A stretch of 64,000 nt of DNA from Spirochaetales bacterium (GTDB taxonomy: Bacteria; Spirochaetota; Spirochaetia; JABEVK01): contig CANJXC010000003.1 of the NCBI GenBank assembly GCA_947478845.1, forward strand, positions 246,004 through 310,003, written 5' to 3'. The notes below the pieces were generated by a model that was not told the DNA's origin, searched no databases, and saw only the letters and a program-made list of their open reading frames with translations. Both the position numbers and the translations under genes were made by a program. This document shows, one piece after another, positions 9,847 through 18,171 of this stretch (positions are counted from its first letter, which is position 1; every line of letters begins with the position of its first letter).

Positions 9847-10527
9847 TTAGTCGGGTGAACGGGTCTTTTTGCCAATCTGGCGTCCTTTAGCAGCCTTCAG
9901 TGCAGCCTCAACATTCGATTCCGCCCATTCGATATTGCGACTGATGGCGATGAGGGCATTCTTCAGGTCACGGCGACGCACCGCGTTGATGATTTCCAAG
10001 TGGTCGACGCAAGTTTTGGCGAGGCGCTCTAAGTTGGTAATGTCTGAGAGCCTGACGAAATGGATCTGCGAGTCGATGGCAGCCAAACTCTTGGCCAACA
10101 CACTGTTTCCCGTAGCCTCGGCCAACGCATGGTGGAAGTGCTCGTCTTCCTCGGCGGCATGGATGAAGAGGTCGGGCAGGCCATCGCGCAGTTCGGTCCA
10201 GCGGGCTTCCAGGCGGTCAAGGAATGCGTGATCTAGTTCCTGTTTGCACAGCAACGACACCACTTCAAGTTCCAAGACGAGCCTGACATGGTAGGCATCC
10301 CGTATTTCTTTGAGCTCAAGTTCGCGCACCGCATAGTTCTGACGGGGATTTTTTTTTACCAAACCCCGTTGCACCAACATGTTGAGCGCCTCTCGAACAG
10401 GGCTACGACTGACCTGGAACTCGGCGCAAAGACCTTCCTCGGTCAGCCTGTGTCCCGGGGCATATTCGAGTTTGAGAATCCGAAGGCTTAATCGCTCGTA
10501 GATATCGACACTGAGGTTTTCAGCCAA
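9847..10527 (-). CDS. GntR (FadR/FCD) transcriptional regulator
   Basis: wHTH VSRSPVREAL and FCD DEHFH...DHLEII; TTG start after GGAGGAG chosen, start uncertain. Confidence 0.9.
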   Translation of the reverse strand: MAENLSVDIYERLSLRILKLEYAPGHRLTEEGLCAEFQVSRSPVREALNMLVQRGLVKKNPRQNYAVRELELKEIRDAYHVRLVLELEVVSLLCKQELDHAFLDRLEARWTELRDGLPDLFIHAAEEDEHFHHALAEATGNSVLAKSLAAIDSQIHFVRLSDITNLERLAKTCVDHLEIINAVRRRDLKNALIAISRNIEWAESNVEAALKAAKGRQIGKKTRSPD

Positions 10528-10666
10528 CTTCTCTCCTCCCTGGCGCATCCATCGCCTGTTCAATGTATATCAGTATACAATAAATATCCAATTTTGTAGT
10601 TCACCACAGCAATTGATAAAAACTAACTCTATATATTACAATTAAATAATGACATTTAACAATTTG

Positions 10667-10711
10667 TTGACAGTTTTACAATCTCCCCATACAATGAAAA
10701 TTGTATACAAT
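10667..10711 (+). promoter_or_regulatory. Sigma70 promoter with GntR-type operator at +1
   Basis: TTGACA(10667)-17 bp-TACAAT(10690); palindrome ATTGTATACAAT at 10700-10711; related site CAGTATACAA at 10571-10580 ahead of gntR. Confidence 0.8.
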
Positions 10712-10775
10712 ATCGGCGTTGCCGTTGATCTTTGGGGCTTATCCCCGCGCATTCGATCGAAATGAGGAGTTTCGC

Positions 10776-12368
10776 ATGCCACAAGAATTGACCAAACCGA
10801 AGCTGTGGGTTCTAGGAGACCTGAACGGGTTTTTCGGCCTGTTCACCAATGTTCTTCTCAACACCATTGTCCTGACTAGTCTTTCACTCTTTGTGGTGAA
10901 AATCCCTGAGGCCACGGTTTACGGGCGCATTCTTCCCGCTCTGGGGCTTGCGCTGATGCTTGGCAACATTTTTTATGCTTATCTGGCTTACCAAAAAGCC
11001 AGAAAAGAGCAGCGGGACACCGTCGCGGCCTTGCCCTATGGGCCCTCGGTTCCGCACATGTTCATCGTGGTCTTCGCTGTCATGTTGCCCTCATATCTGG
11101 CTACACAGGATCCTCTTTTGGCATGGGTTCTTGGACTCATTTGGGCCCTCATCATCGGCCTGATTGTCATGGCTGGTGCGCTCATTGGCCCCATCATCCG
11201 CAAATACACGCCCAAGGCGGCCATGTTGGGCACTTTGGCCGGCATTTCGATCACCTTCATCTCGATGGCTCCGGCCTTTCAGATGTTCGACGTCGCTTGG
11301 ATTGGCCTGATCTGTTTCATGATCATCATGATTTCGTGGATGGGTAATGTGCGTTTGCCCTTCGGCATCCCTGGTGGTCTGGCGGTCGTCCTGGTCGGAG
11401 CCATCCTAGCTTGGGGTGCGGTGTTGCTCGGCTTGCCAGGGTACTCAACCCTCATGCACCCCGAAGCGGTTACGGCATCGTTCCAGCAGTTCGGCCTGCG
11501 CCTGCCCACCTTCAGCTTCGATGTCTTCTCGAAATCCGCTGACTTGGTTTGGCCACTGTTGGTCACGGCTATCCCCCTGGGCATCTACAACTTCACCGAG
11601 GCCATGAACAACGTCGAGTCTGCCGCGACGGCCGGTGATGACTACGACCTCCGCGCGGTGTTGCTGGCCGACGGTACAGGCGCCGTTTTAGGCGCGTTTG
11701 CCGGTTCGCCCTTTCCTCCCGCTGTGTACATTGGCCATCCCGGCTGGAAGGCCATCGGTGGACGCATCGGCTACTCGTTAGGCACAGGAATCGCCATCGG
11801 GCTGGTCTGCATGCTCGGGCTCACGGCCCTGCTGCTGGCTGTTATTCCCCTAGTCGCCATCCTACCAATTCTTCTCTTCATTGGCCTCATCATTGGCTCG
11901 CAGGCCTTCCAGGCCACCCCAAGACGCCACGCTCCGGCGATCATTTTGGCCCTCGTGCCCAACATTGCCGATTGGCTTCACACCCAAGTGAACAATGTGG
12001 TATCGGTCGCAACCGGCACAGGCGTGACCCCCAAGCTCGCTGCCGACCTAGCCTCGAATGTTTCGGTGTACTACACAGGCATGTCGGTTGCCGGTGGAGG
12101 TGGAATCCTAGCCGGTTTGGTGCTCGGTGCCATCGGGGTGTTTGTGATTGAGAAGCGCTTCAATTGGGCCGCCGTCTACGCGGGCATAGCAACGGTGTTG
12201 TCGTTCTTCGGCTTCATCCACGGCAGCCAGCTCGCCGTCAACGCCTCACCCACAGTGACCTTCGCTTACCTGGTTTCTACATTGATCTTTGTCTACTTCA
12301 TGTACCAAGAGAAAAAAGATGGACGCGGAATCAGCTGGAAGCCCATCAGCGAAGCTGCGGACGACTGA
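10776..12368 (+). CDS. NCS2/AzgA-like permease (putative ureide or nucleobase transporter)
   Basis: Many TM helices; GDLNGFFGL, ALPYGPSVPH, NNVESAATAGDDY, PPAVYIGHPGWK; GAGGAG RBS. Confidence 0.8.
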   Translation: MPQELTKPKLWVLGDLNGFFGLFTNVLLNTIVLTSLSLFVVKIPEATVYGRILPALGLALMLGNIFYAYLAYQKARKEQRDTVAALPYGPSVPHMFIVVFAVMLPSYLATQDPLLAWVLGLIWALIIGLIVMAGALIGPIIRKYTPKAAMLGTLAGISITFISMAPAFQMFDVAWIGLICFMIIMISWMGNVRLPFGIPGGLAVVLVGAILAWGAVLLGLPGYSTLMHPEAVTASFQQFGLRLPTFSFDVFSKSADLVWPLLVTAIPLGIYNFTEAMNNVESAATAGDDYDLRAVLLADGTGAVLGAFAGSPFPPAVYIGHPGWKAIGGRIGYSLGTGIAIGLVCMLGLTALLLAVIPLVAILPILLFIGLIIGSQAFQATPRRHAPAIILALVPNIADWLHTQVNNVVSVATGTGVTPKLAADLASNVSVYYTGMSVAGGGGILAGLVLGAIGVFVIEKRFNWAAVYAGIATVLSFFGFIHGSQLAVNASPTVTFAYLVSTLIFVYFMYQEKKDGRGISWKPISEAADD

Positions 12369-12371
12369 GCC

Positions 12372-12761
12372 ATGCCTAAGATTCTCTTTGTCAACGGGAC
12401 CTTGATGCGGGGTCTTGGCCTCCACAAGAATCTCGCCGGCGCTGAGTTTCTAGGTGAGTTCGTCACAAAAGCCAAGTACCGTGTGTTCAGTATCGGCGAC
12501 GTTCACCCTGGCATGTACGAAGTGAAGCAGGGTGGAGTTGCTTTCGCCGGAGAACTGTATCGGCTCCCCGACGACGTTTGGAAGCGGGTGGAAGCCGGCG
12601 AACCTCCTCACCTGTACGATGGCCCGGTGGAACTGGAAGACGGCCGGATCGTCGACGGAATCCTGTATCCTCGAGACAAGATTCGAAGCGAACACGTCGA
12701 CATCTCTGAGTTTGGAGATTGGCGCAAGTACATGGCGAGCAAGAAGGGGAACCCAACATGA
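12372..12761 (+). CDS. Gamma-glutamylcyclotransferase-fold protein (allophanate hydrolase C-terminal-domain-like; candidate carboxy-ureide decarboxylase)
   Basis: [23 protein letters not shown]...[17 protein letters not shown] resemble the AtzF/Dur1,2 C-domain. Confidence 0.75.
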   Translation: MPKILFVNGTLMRGLGLHKNLAGAEFLGEFVTKAKYRVFSIGDVHPGMYEVKQGGVAFAGELYRLPDDVWKRVEAGEPPHLYDGPVELEDGRIVDGILYPRDKIRSEHVDISEFGDWRKYMASKKGNPT

Positions 12762-13423
12762 AGAAAGAAATCGTCGCGCAGCCCTACAACCTTAAGTTTG
12801 ACCCTAAGACGACTGCGCTCATCGTGATCGACATGCAACGGGATTTTGTCGAAGAAGGCGGCTTTGGAACCCTTCTTGGCAACGATGTCTCGCTCCTCCG
12901 AGCGGCGATAAAACCTTGCCAGGCGCTTCTCAAGGCCGCTCGGCAAGCCGGTCTTCGGGTTTTGCACACCCGCGAGGGTCATGATCCATCGATGTCAGAT
13001 TGTGCTCCCACCAAGAAGGCCAGAGGAAACTTGAAGACTGGAATTGGCGACAGCGGACCTATGGGCCGGATTCTCATCCGGGGTGAGAAGGGCCACGGAA
13101 TCATTCCAGAACTTCAACCCCTGCCCACCGAAGCCGTGATCGACAAGCCCGGCAAGGGTTCGTTCTACGGCACCGATCTTGACCTTATTTTGCGCAACTA
13201 CGGCATCAGCACCCTGTTGGTTTGCGGAGTCACCACCGAAGTCTGCGTGACAACAACAGTGCGAGAAGCCAACGACCGCGGCTATGAGTGTGTGGTCGCC
13301 TCTGACGCCGTTGCTTCGTATTTTCCCGAATACAACCGGATGGCTTTGGAAATGATTCAGGCTCAGGGCGGGATTTTTGGCTGGGTAACCCCCTCGCAGC
13401 ACATCATCGAAGCGATTTCGTAA
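12758..13423 (+). CDS. trtA: Isochorismatase-family cysteine hydrolase, triuret hydrolase (TrtA)-type
   Basis: D-K-C triad (IDMQRDF, DKPGKG, TTEVCV); GGFG..LGND, TEVC, ASYF and QGGI match TrtA as recalled, rather than BiuH (GGYV..MGYD, TDVC, GATD, QGGV). Confidence 0.75.
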   Translation: MKKEIVAQPYNLKFDPKTTALIVIDMQRDFVEEGGFGTLLGNDVSLLRAAIKPCQALLKAARQAGLRVLHTREGHDPSMSDCAPTKKARGNLKTGIGDSGPMGRILIRGEKGHGIIPELQPLPTEAVIDKPGKGSFYGTDLDLILRNYGISTLLVCGVTTEVCVTTTVREANDRGYECVVASDAVASYFPEYNRMALEMIQAQGGIFGWVTPSQHIIEAIS

Positions 13424-13430
13424 CCGACGG

Positions 13431-14231
13431 ATGGCTGGCATACTCAGGGCCAAAGACTACGGCGATCGTGTCTTTCGTGGCGAAGAAACTGCAACAGTGC
13501 ATTCAGTTTTTGAGCGGGGATTCAACCTCGCGATGGCCGACGGCCGGCTAGTTCACGTTGCTATCGACAAACCCTCTGAGCATTCTCAAATGGTGGGCTT
13601 CGGCGCCTGCGCGGGTGCTTGGCTTGGGCCAGAAGTGGGGAGCCGGTTTCAGGTTTCAGAATCGCGAAAGCTTTTGCAAGGCTCAAACTTGGTAATCGAT
13701 TGCCGCCACGCGTTACCGTTGGAAGCCCTTGCCCTGCAAGCAACCTGCCTTTCTCAGGAGCAGTTGCGACAAATTAACAGCTCGGTGCGAATCAGGATGC
13801 AAGGCCGGGACTTGGAACATTGGCAGGTGTATTTCACCGCGATTGAGTCTCAGGTTCGGGCTTTCGCGTCCACGGGCAGGGTAGGGCACCTCGAGTCTGT
13901 GGTCGGACTAGGGCTGGGACTCACGCCTACTGGGGACGACGTTCTGGTGGGTCTTTTGGCGTCTCTGAAGAGCCGGGGTTCGCAGCACACAAAAGACCTC
14001 GAAGACCTGATGCGGGGCTACGCGGACCGAACTACCGACGTGAGTGCCGATCTGTTGAGGGCAGCGGCCGCAGGGTACTTTCCGTTTGCGCTGGTAGATC
14101 TGGCCAACTCAAAACCCGACCGTGGAGCGGGGGAAATCGAGTCTTTGGTGACGCGCATCTGCGCCATCGGGGCTACGTCGGGAATGGATACTCTGCTCGG
14201 ATTTATGATGGGAATGCAGGAGGTTCATTAA
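13431..14231 (+). CDS. DUF2877 protein (AllH/YahE-like)
   Basis: VHSVFERGFN, GLGLGLTPTGDDVLVG, RTTDVS, GATSGMDTLLG. Confidence 0.85.
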   Translation: MAGILRAKDYGDRVFRGEETATVHSVFERGFNLAMADGRLVHVAIDKPSEHSQMVGFGACAGAWLGPEVGSRFQVSESRKLLQGSNLVIDCRHALPLEALALQATCLSQEQLRQINSSVRIRMQGRDLEHWQVYFTAIESQVRAFASTGRVGHLESVVGLGLGLTPTGDDVLVGLLASLKSRGSQHTKDLEDLMRGYADRTTDVSADLLRAAAAGYFPFALVDLANSKPDRGAGEIESLVTRICAIGATSGMDTLLGFMMGMQEVH

Positions 14232-14233
14232 CC

Positions 14234-15769
14234 ATGGAAAACACACAACACTTCCTCACAGGGTATTACCGCGACTCAGTGGCCTTGATGCAGCTCTCGT
14301 CCAAGCTCGCCGCGCAAGAGGGGATTGCTTCCGCCTCGGCGCAAATGGCTACGGCCGCCAACCTTGAACTTCTGGTGAATGCCGGTTTGCTCGACCAGGT
14401 TGTGCCCGCCCGCCCGAACGACCTGCTGCTTGTCATCCGAGCCTCGACGGCCGAGCACGGGCAAGCCGCGTTCGAGTTTGCCAAGAAGACTCTTGACGAA
14501 AAACCCTCGGGGGGCGGCCCCGAAAAACCCGAGCCGCCGCGTTCGGTTGAAATGGCACTTTCTGCGCATCCAGAAAGCAATCTGGTTCTCATCTCGACCC
14601 CGGGGGAGTTTGCCGCAGCGGAAGCGCTCAAGGCCCTAAAACAGGGGCTCAACGTGATGATCTTCAGCGACAACGTTTCTGGAGCGCAGGAGGTCATGTT
14701 AAAGACCTATGCCCGCGACCATGAACTGCTGGTGATGGGCCCCGATTGTGGAACCTCCCTTATTGGTGGAGTTCCGTTGGCGTTTGCCAATGTAGTGGCC
14801 GCGGGGGCCATCGGTGTCGTGGGGGCTTCCGGTACGGGCATTCAGCAAGTCACTTGCCTCGTGGATGCGCTGGGCGAGGGGATCTCTCACGCTATTGGTA
14901 CTGGTGGTCACGACCTGAGTGAAGAGGTTGGCGGGATCACGATGCTCTCAGCCTTGGATTTGCTGGCCCATGACAACAACACGGAAGTGATTGTTTTACT
15001 TTCCAAACCCCCGGCTAGGTCGGTGGCGTTGAAGATCATCGCTGCGGCCAAGCTTGTGCCCAAGAAGGTTGTGATCTGTTTCCTGGGGGCAGTCGAACAA
15101 CTCGATGGAAGCAACCTCTCGTACGCTCGCACCTTGGAAGAGGCGGCCATGCTTGCTGTGGGTCTGCTTCGCCCCTCACGAAAGCTATCCCTCACCGGCC
15201 GCCTGGTGAGGGAAAAAAATCAGCTCGACCCCCATCGCACCAAAGGCTTTGTACGGGGCCTTTATACCGGTGGTACCTTCTGCTACGAAGCGCAAATCCT
15301 GCTTCAGTCTGCCCTTGGTGAGGTGTATTCCAATATTCCTACCAAGGGTGTCAAAAAACTTCCTGACCTTTGGACAAGCGTGGGCCATACCATCCTCGAC
15401 TTGGGCGACGATGTTTTCACCCGGGGCAAGCCGCATCCGATGATCGACCCCTCCACCCGTAATGAAAGGCTTCTCAAAGAGGCCCTTGACCCCCAAACCG
15501 GACTTATCTTTTTTGATCTGGTGCTGGGTTACGGAGCTCACGAAGACCCCGCGGCCGGTCTTGTCGAGGTGATCCGCCAGGCACGTGAATCGGCCCACAA
15601 AGGCGGCCGGAGACTCGAGTTCGTGGGCTTTATTTGTGGCACGACGAAGGACCCCCAGGGCTTCGAAAAACAGGCTTCCACCCTCCGTGGCGCGGGTGTG
15701 ATTTTAGCGCAAAGCAATGCCCACGCCGCCGAGATGGTGCAATACCTCGTTACCGGGAGGCTTTTGTGA
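14234..15769 (+). CDS. fdrA: FdrA/AllF-like acyl-CoA-synthetase-fold protein
   Basis: YRDSVALMQ, IFSDNV, VMGPDCGT, GASGTG, GLYTGGTFC, DLGDDVFTRGKPHPMIDP. Confidence 0.9.
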   Translation: MENTQHFLTGYYRDSVALMQLSSKLAAQEGIASASAQMATAANLELLVNAGLLDQVVPARPNDLLLVIRASTAEHGQAAFEFAKKTLDEKPSGGGPEKPEPPRSVEMALSAHPESNLVLISTPGEFAAAEALKALKQGLNVMIFSDNVSGAQEVMLKTYARDHELLVMGPDCGTSLIGGVPLAFANVVAAGAIGVVGASGTGIQQVTCLVDALGEGISHAIGTGGHDLSEEVGGITMLSALDLLAHDNNTEVIVLLSKPPARSVALKIIAAAKLVPKKVVICFLGAVEQLDGSNLSYARTLEEAAMLAVGLLRPSRKLSLTGRLVREKNQLDPHRTKGFVRGLYTGGTFCYEAQILLQSALGEVYSNIPTKGVKKLPDLWTSVGHTILDLGDDVFTRGKPHPMIDPSTRNERLLKEALDPQTGLIFFDLVLGYGAHEDPAAGLVEVIRQARESAHKGGRRLEFVGFICGTTKDPQGFEKQASTLRGAGVILAQSNAHAAEMVQYLVTGRLL

Positions 15770-17178
15770 ACAACTTTCTTACCAGCAAAACGCAAGTCAT
15801 CAACATCGGTTTGGCTTCGTTTTCCCCCCCTATCCGGTCGCACGGCGGCACCTCGGTTGACCTGGAGTGGCGTCCGCCGGCCGAAGGCAACAGTGCTTCG
15901 GGATTGGCGTTGGCCCAGCTGATGAGCGACGGCAAGATCAATGCTGCCAACCAAGTGGCTTTGGAGCGTTACCAGGCGGCTCAGCCTATCCTCGTCGGAG
16001 TTGGGGTGGCTCGAGAAGAGCTCAAAGGTCTCGGGCCCCGTATGCTACTGCACTCCGGACCTCCCATCGCCTGGGAAAATATGTGCGGCCCGCAAAAGGG
16101 TGCGGTGCTCGGCGCCATTGTTTTTGAAGGTTGGGCCAGCACGCTCCTAGAAGCCGAAAGTTTAGTGGCCCACGGGGAGGTGAAACTCGACGCCTGCAAC
16201 CACCACAGCGCAGTTGGTCCCATGGCCGGCATCATTAGTCCTTCCATGCCTGTGTGGATCATCGAGAACACCACGCACGGCAACCGCTCCTACTGCAACA
16301 TGAACGAAGGGCTGGGCAAGGTGCTTCGTTTCGGCGCCAACGGCCCCGAGGTCATTGAACGCCTGGTTTGGATGCGTGAGGTGCTCGGCCCCACAGTGAA
16401 ATCCATCTTGCAACACCTGGGCCCGGTTGCTCTGGGGCCCCTGATAGCGCAGGCCCTGCACATGGGCGACGAGGTTCACAACCGCAATGCGGCAGCCAGT
16501 GGCCTTTTCTTCAAAAAGCTCACCCTCGCAGGCCTTGAAATCCTTGCCAAATTGGACGCCAGAAAACTAAAAGATACCCTGGCCTTCATTGCCGCCAACG
16601 ATCACTTTTTCCTGAACCTTTCCATGGCGGCCTGCAAAGTGATGCTCGAAGCCGCCGATGGTGTCGAGAACTCCACGATGGTAACCGTCATGGCCCGCAA
16701 TGGCGTCGATTTTGGCATCCAGATTTCTGGCCTCAAGGGGCGCTGGTTCACCGCTCCAGCACCCTTTGTCGAGGGGCTGTTTTTCTCCGGCTACAGCCAG
16801 CTCGATGCCGCCCGCGACCTAGGTGACAGCGCCATCACCGAAACCGCAGGTGTGGGCGGCTTCTCGATGGCTGCCTCTCCCGCCATTGTTCAGTTTGTCG
16901 GGGGAACCCCCGCAGACGCCCTTGCCAACACGCGAAGAATGTTGCAAATCACGCTCGGTCAAAACTCTGCCTTTACCTTGCCGGCGCTCAACTTTGGGGG
17001 TTGCCCGGCGGGGATCGATGTTCGAAAGGTGGTCGACTCTTCCATCCTTCCGGTGATCAACACCGGAATTGCCCACAAGCTTGCGGGCATAGGACAAATC
17101 GGAGCAGGCATTACCCACGCCCCGCTTTCCTGCTTTGTGAAGGCAGTCGAGGCCTTGGCCCTCAAAGGAGTGAACTAA
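15766..17178 (+). CDS. DUF1116 protein (AllG/YlbE/YahG-like)
   Basis: LLHSGPPI, VGPMAGIISPSMP, NEGLGKVLRFGA, MGDEVHNRN, DLGDSAITE, INTGIAHK; GTG start overlaps the fdrA stop. Confidence 0.9.
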   Translation: MNNFLTSKTQVINIGLASFSPPIRSHGGTSVDLEWRPPAEGNSASGLALAQLMSDGKINAANQVALERYQAAQPILVGVGVAREELKGLGPRMLLHSGPPIAWENMCGPQKGAVLGAIVFEGWASTLLEAESLVAHGEVKLDACNHHSAVGPMAGIISPSMPVWIIENTTHGNRSYCNMNEGLGKVLRFGANGPEVIERLVWMREVLGPTVKSILQHLGPVALGPLIAQALHMGDEVHNRNAAASGLFFKKLTLAGLEILAKLDARKLKDTLAFIAANDHFFLNLSMAACKVMLEAADGVENSTMVTVMARNGVDFGIQISGLKGRWFTAPAPFVEGLFFSGYSQLDAARDLGDSAITETAGVGGFSMAASPAIVQFVGGTPADALANTRRMLQITLGQNSAFTLPALNFGGCPAGIDVRKVVDSSILPVINTGIAHKLAGIGQIGAGITHAPLSCFVKAVEALALKGVN

Positions 17179-17179
17179 A

Positions 17180-18154
17180 ATGGCAGGAAGCAAAATTGTC
17201 GTTATCGCTGTTGGAGGAAATGCCCTCATTAAGGACGCCAACAGGAACTCGATCGCCGACCAGTTTGAGGCGGCCGAACAGACCGCAAAAATGGTGGTGC
17301 GTCTGGTCAAAGAGGGCTGGCGAGTTGTACTGACCCACGGCAACGGACCACAGGTAGGCTTTGCCCTGCGCCGCTCGGAGTTGGCCGCCAAAGAGCTGGC
17401 GCCGGTGCCCATGGACTACGCCATAGCCAACACGCAGGGAACCATTGGCTATATGTTTCAAAAGGCTTTCTACGAAGCATTTGCCCAAGAAGGGATGGAC
17501 GTGCCCGTCGCAACAGTGATCACGCAAACCATCGTAAGCAAGGATGACGTTGCGTTTCTCAACCCATCCAAGCCCATTGGCGCGTTTTACGAAGAGGAAG
17601 TGGCCAAACACCTGGCCCAGGAGATGGGCTGGACGGTCATGGAAGATTCGGGACGCGGTTGGCGGCGTTGTGTTCCTTCTCCCGCCCCGCTCGAACTCGT
17701 CGAGTTCAGACAAATCAAGAAACTCTCCGAGGACGGCTACCTCGTCATTGCCTGCGGAGGCGGAGGTATGCCTGTTGTGCGCGAGGGTAAGGTGCTAAAA
17801 GGCATTGAAGGCGTCATCGACAAAGACCTTACCTCTGCCCTTTTGGCCAGCCTGCTCAAAGCCGATTACTTAGTGATTCCAACAGCTGGTGGCGATGGCA
17901 TCGCTCTTGATTTTGGTAAACCCACCGAGCGACGCCTCGCCAAACTGACCTTTGCGGAGGCGAAACAACGCTGCGAGGCAGGTTATTTTGCCAAAGGAAG
18001 CATGCTCGAAAAGGTCATGGCCACCGTAAAATACACCGGAAATTACCCCGAGGGCACAGCAATCATCACAACCTTAGACCGCATGCTCGAGGCTATTCGA
18101 GGAGACGCCGGTACACAAATTAGCCAGCGAATCGCAGAGACAATCTCGCGCTGA
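17180..18154 (+). CDS. arcC: Carbamate kinase
   Basis: VIAVGGNAL, THGNGPQVG, PSKPIG, EDSGRGWRRCVPSP, GGGGMPV, VIDKD, GSMLEKV. Confidence 0.95.
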   Translation: MAGSKIVVIAVGGNALIKDANRNSIADQFEAAEQTAKMVVRLVKEGWRVVLTHGNGPQVGFALRRSELAAKELAPVPMDYAIANTQGTIGYMFQKAFYEAFAQEGMDVPVATVITQTIVSKDDVAFLNPSKPIGAFYEEEVAKHLAQEMGWTVMEDSGRGWRRCVPSPAPLELVEFRQIKKLSEDGYLVIACGGGGMPVVREGKVLKGIEGVIDKDLTSALLASLLKADYLVIPTAGGDGIALDFGKPTERRLAKLTFAEAKQRCEAGYFAKGSMLEKVMATVKYTGNYPEGTAIITTLDRMLEAIRGDAGTQISQRIAETISR

Positions 18155-18171
18155 CGCATTAATATGGACGG

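Noticed and set aside
12758-13423. Calling the cysteine hydrolase a biuret hydrolase (BiuH)
   Set aside because: The discriminating positions are F/L/N/E/Y/I (TrtA-type), not Y/M/Y/D/T/V, based on recalled reference sequences.
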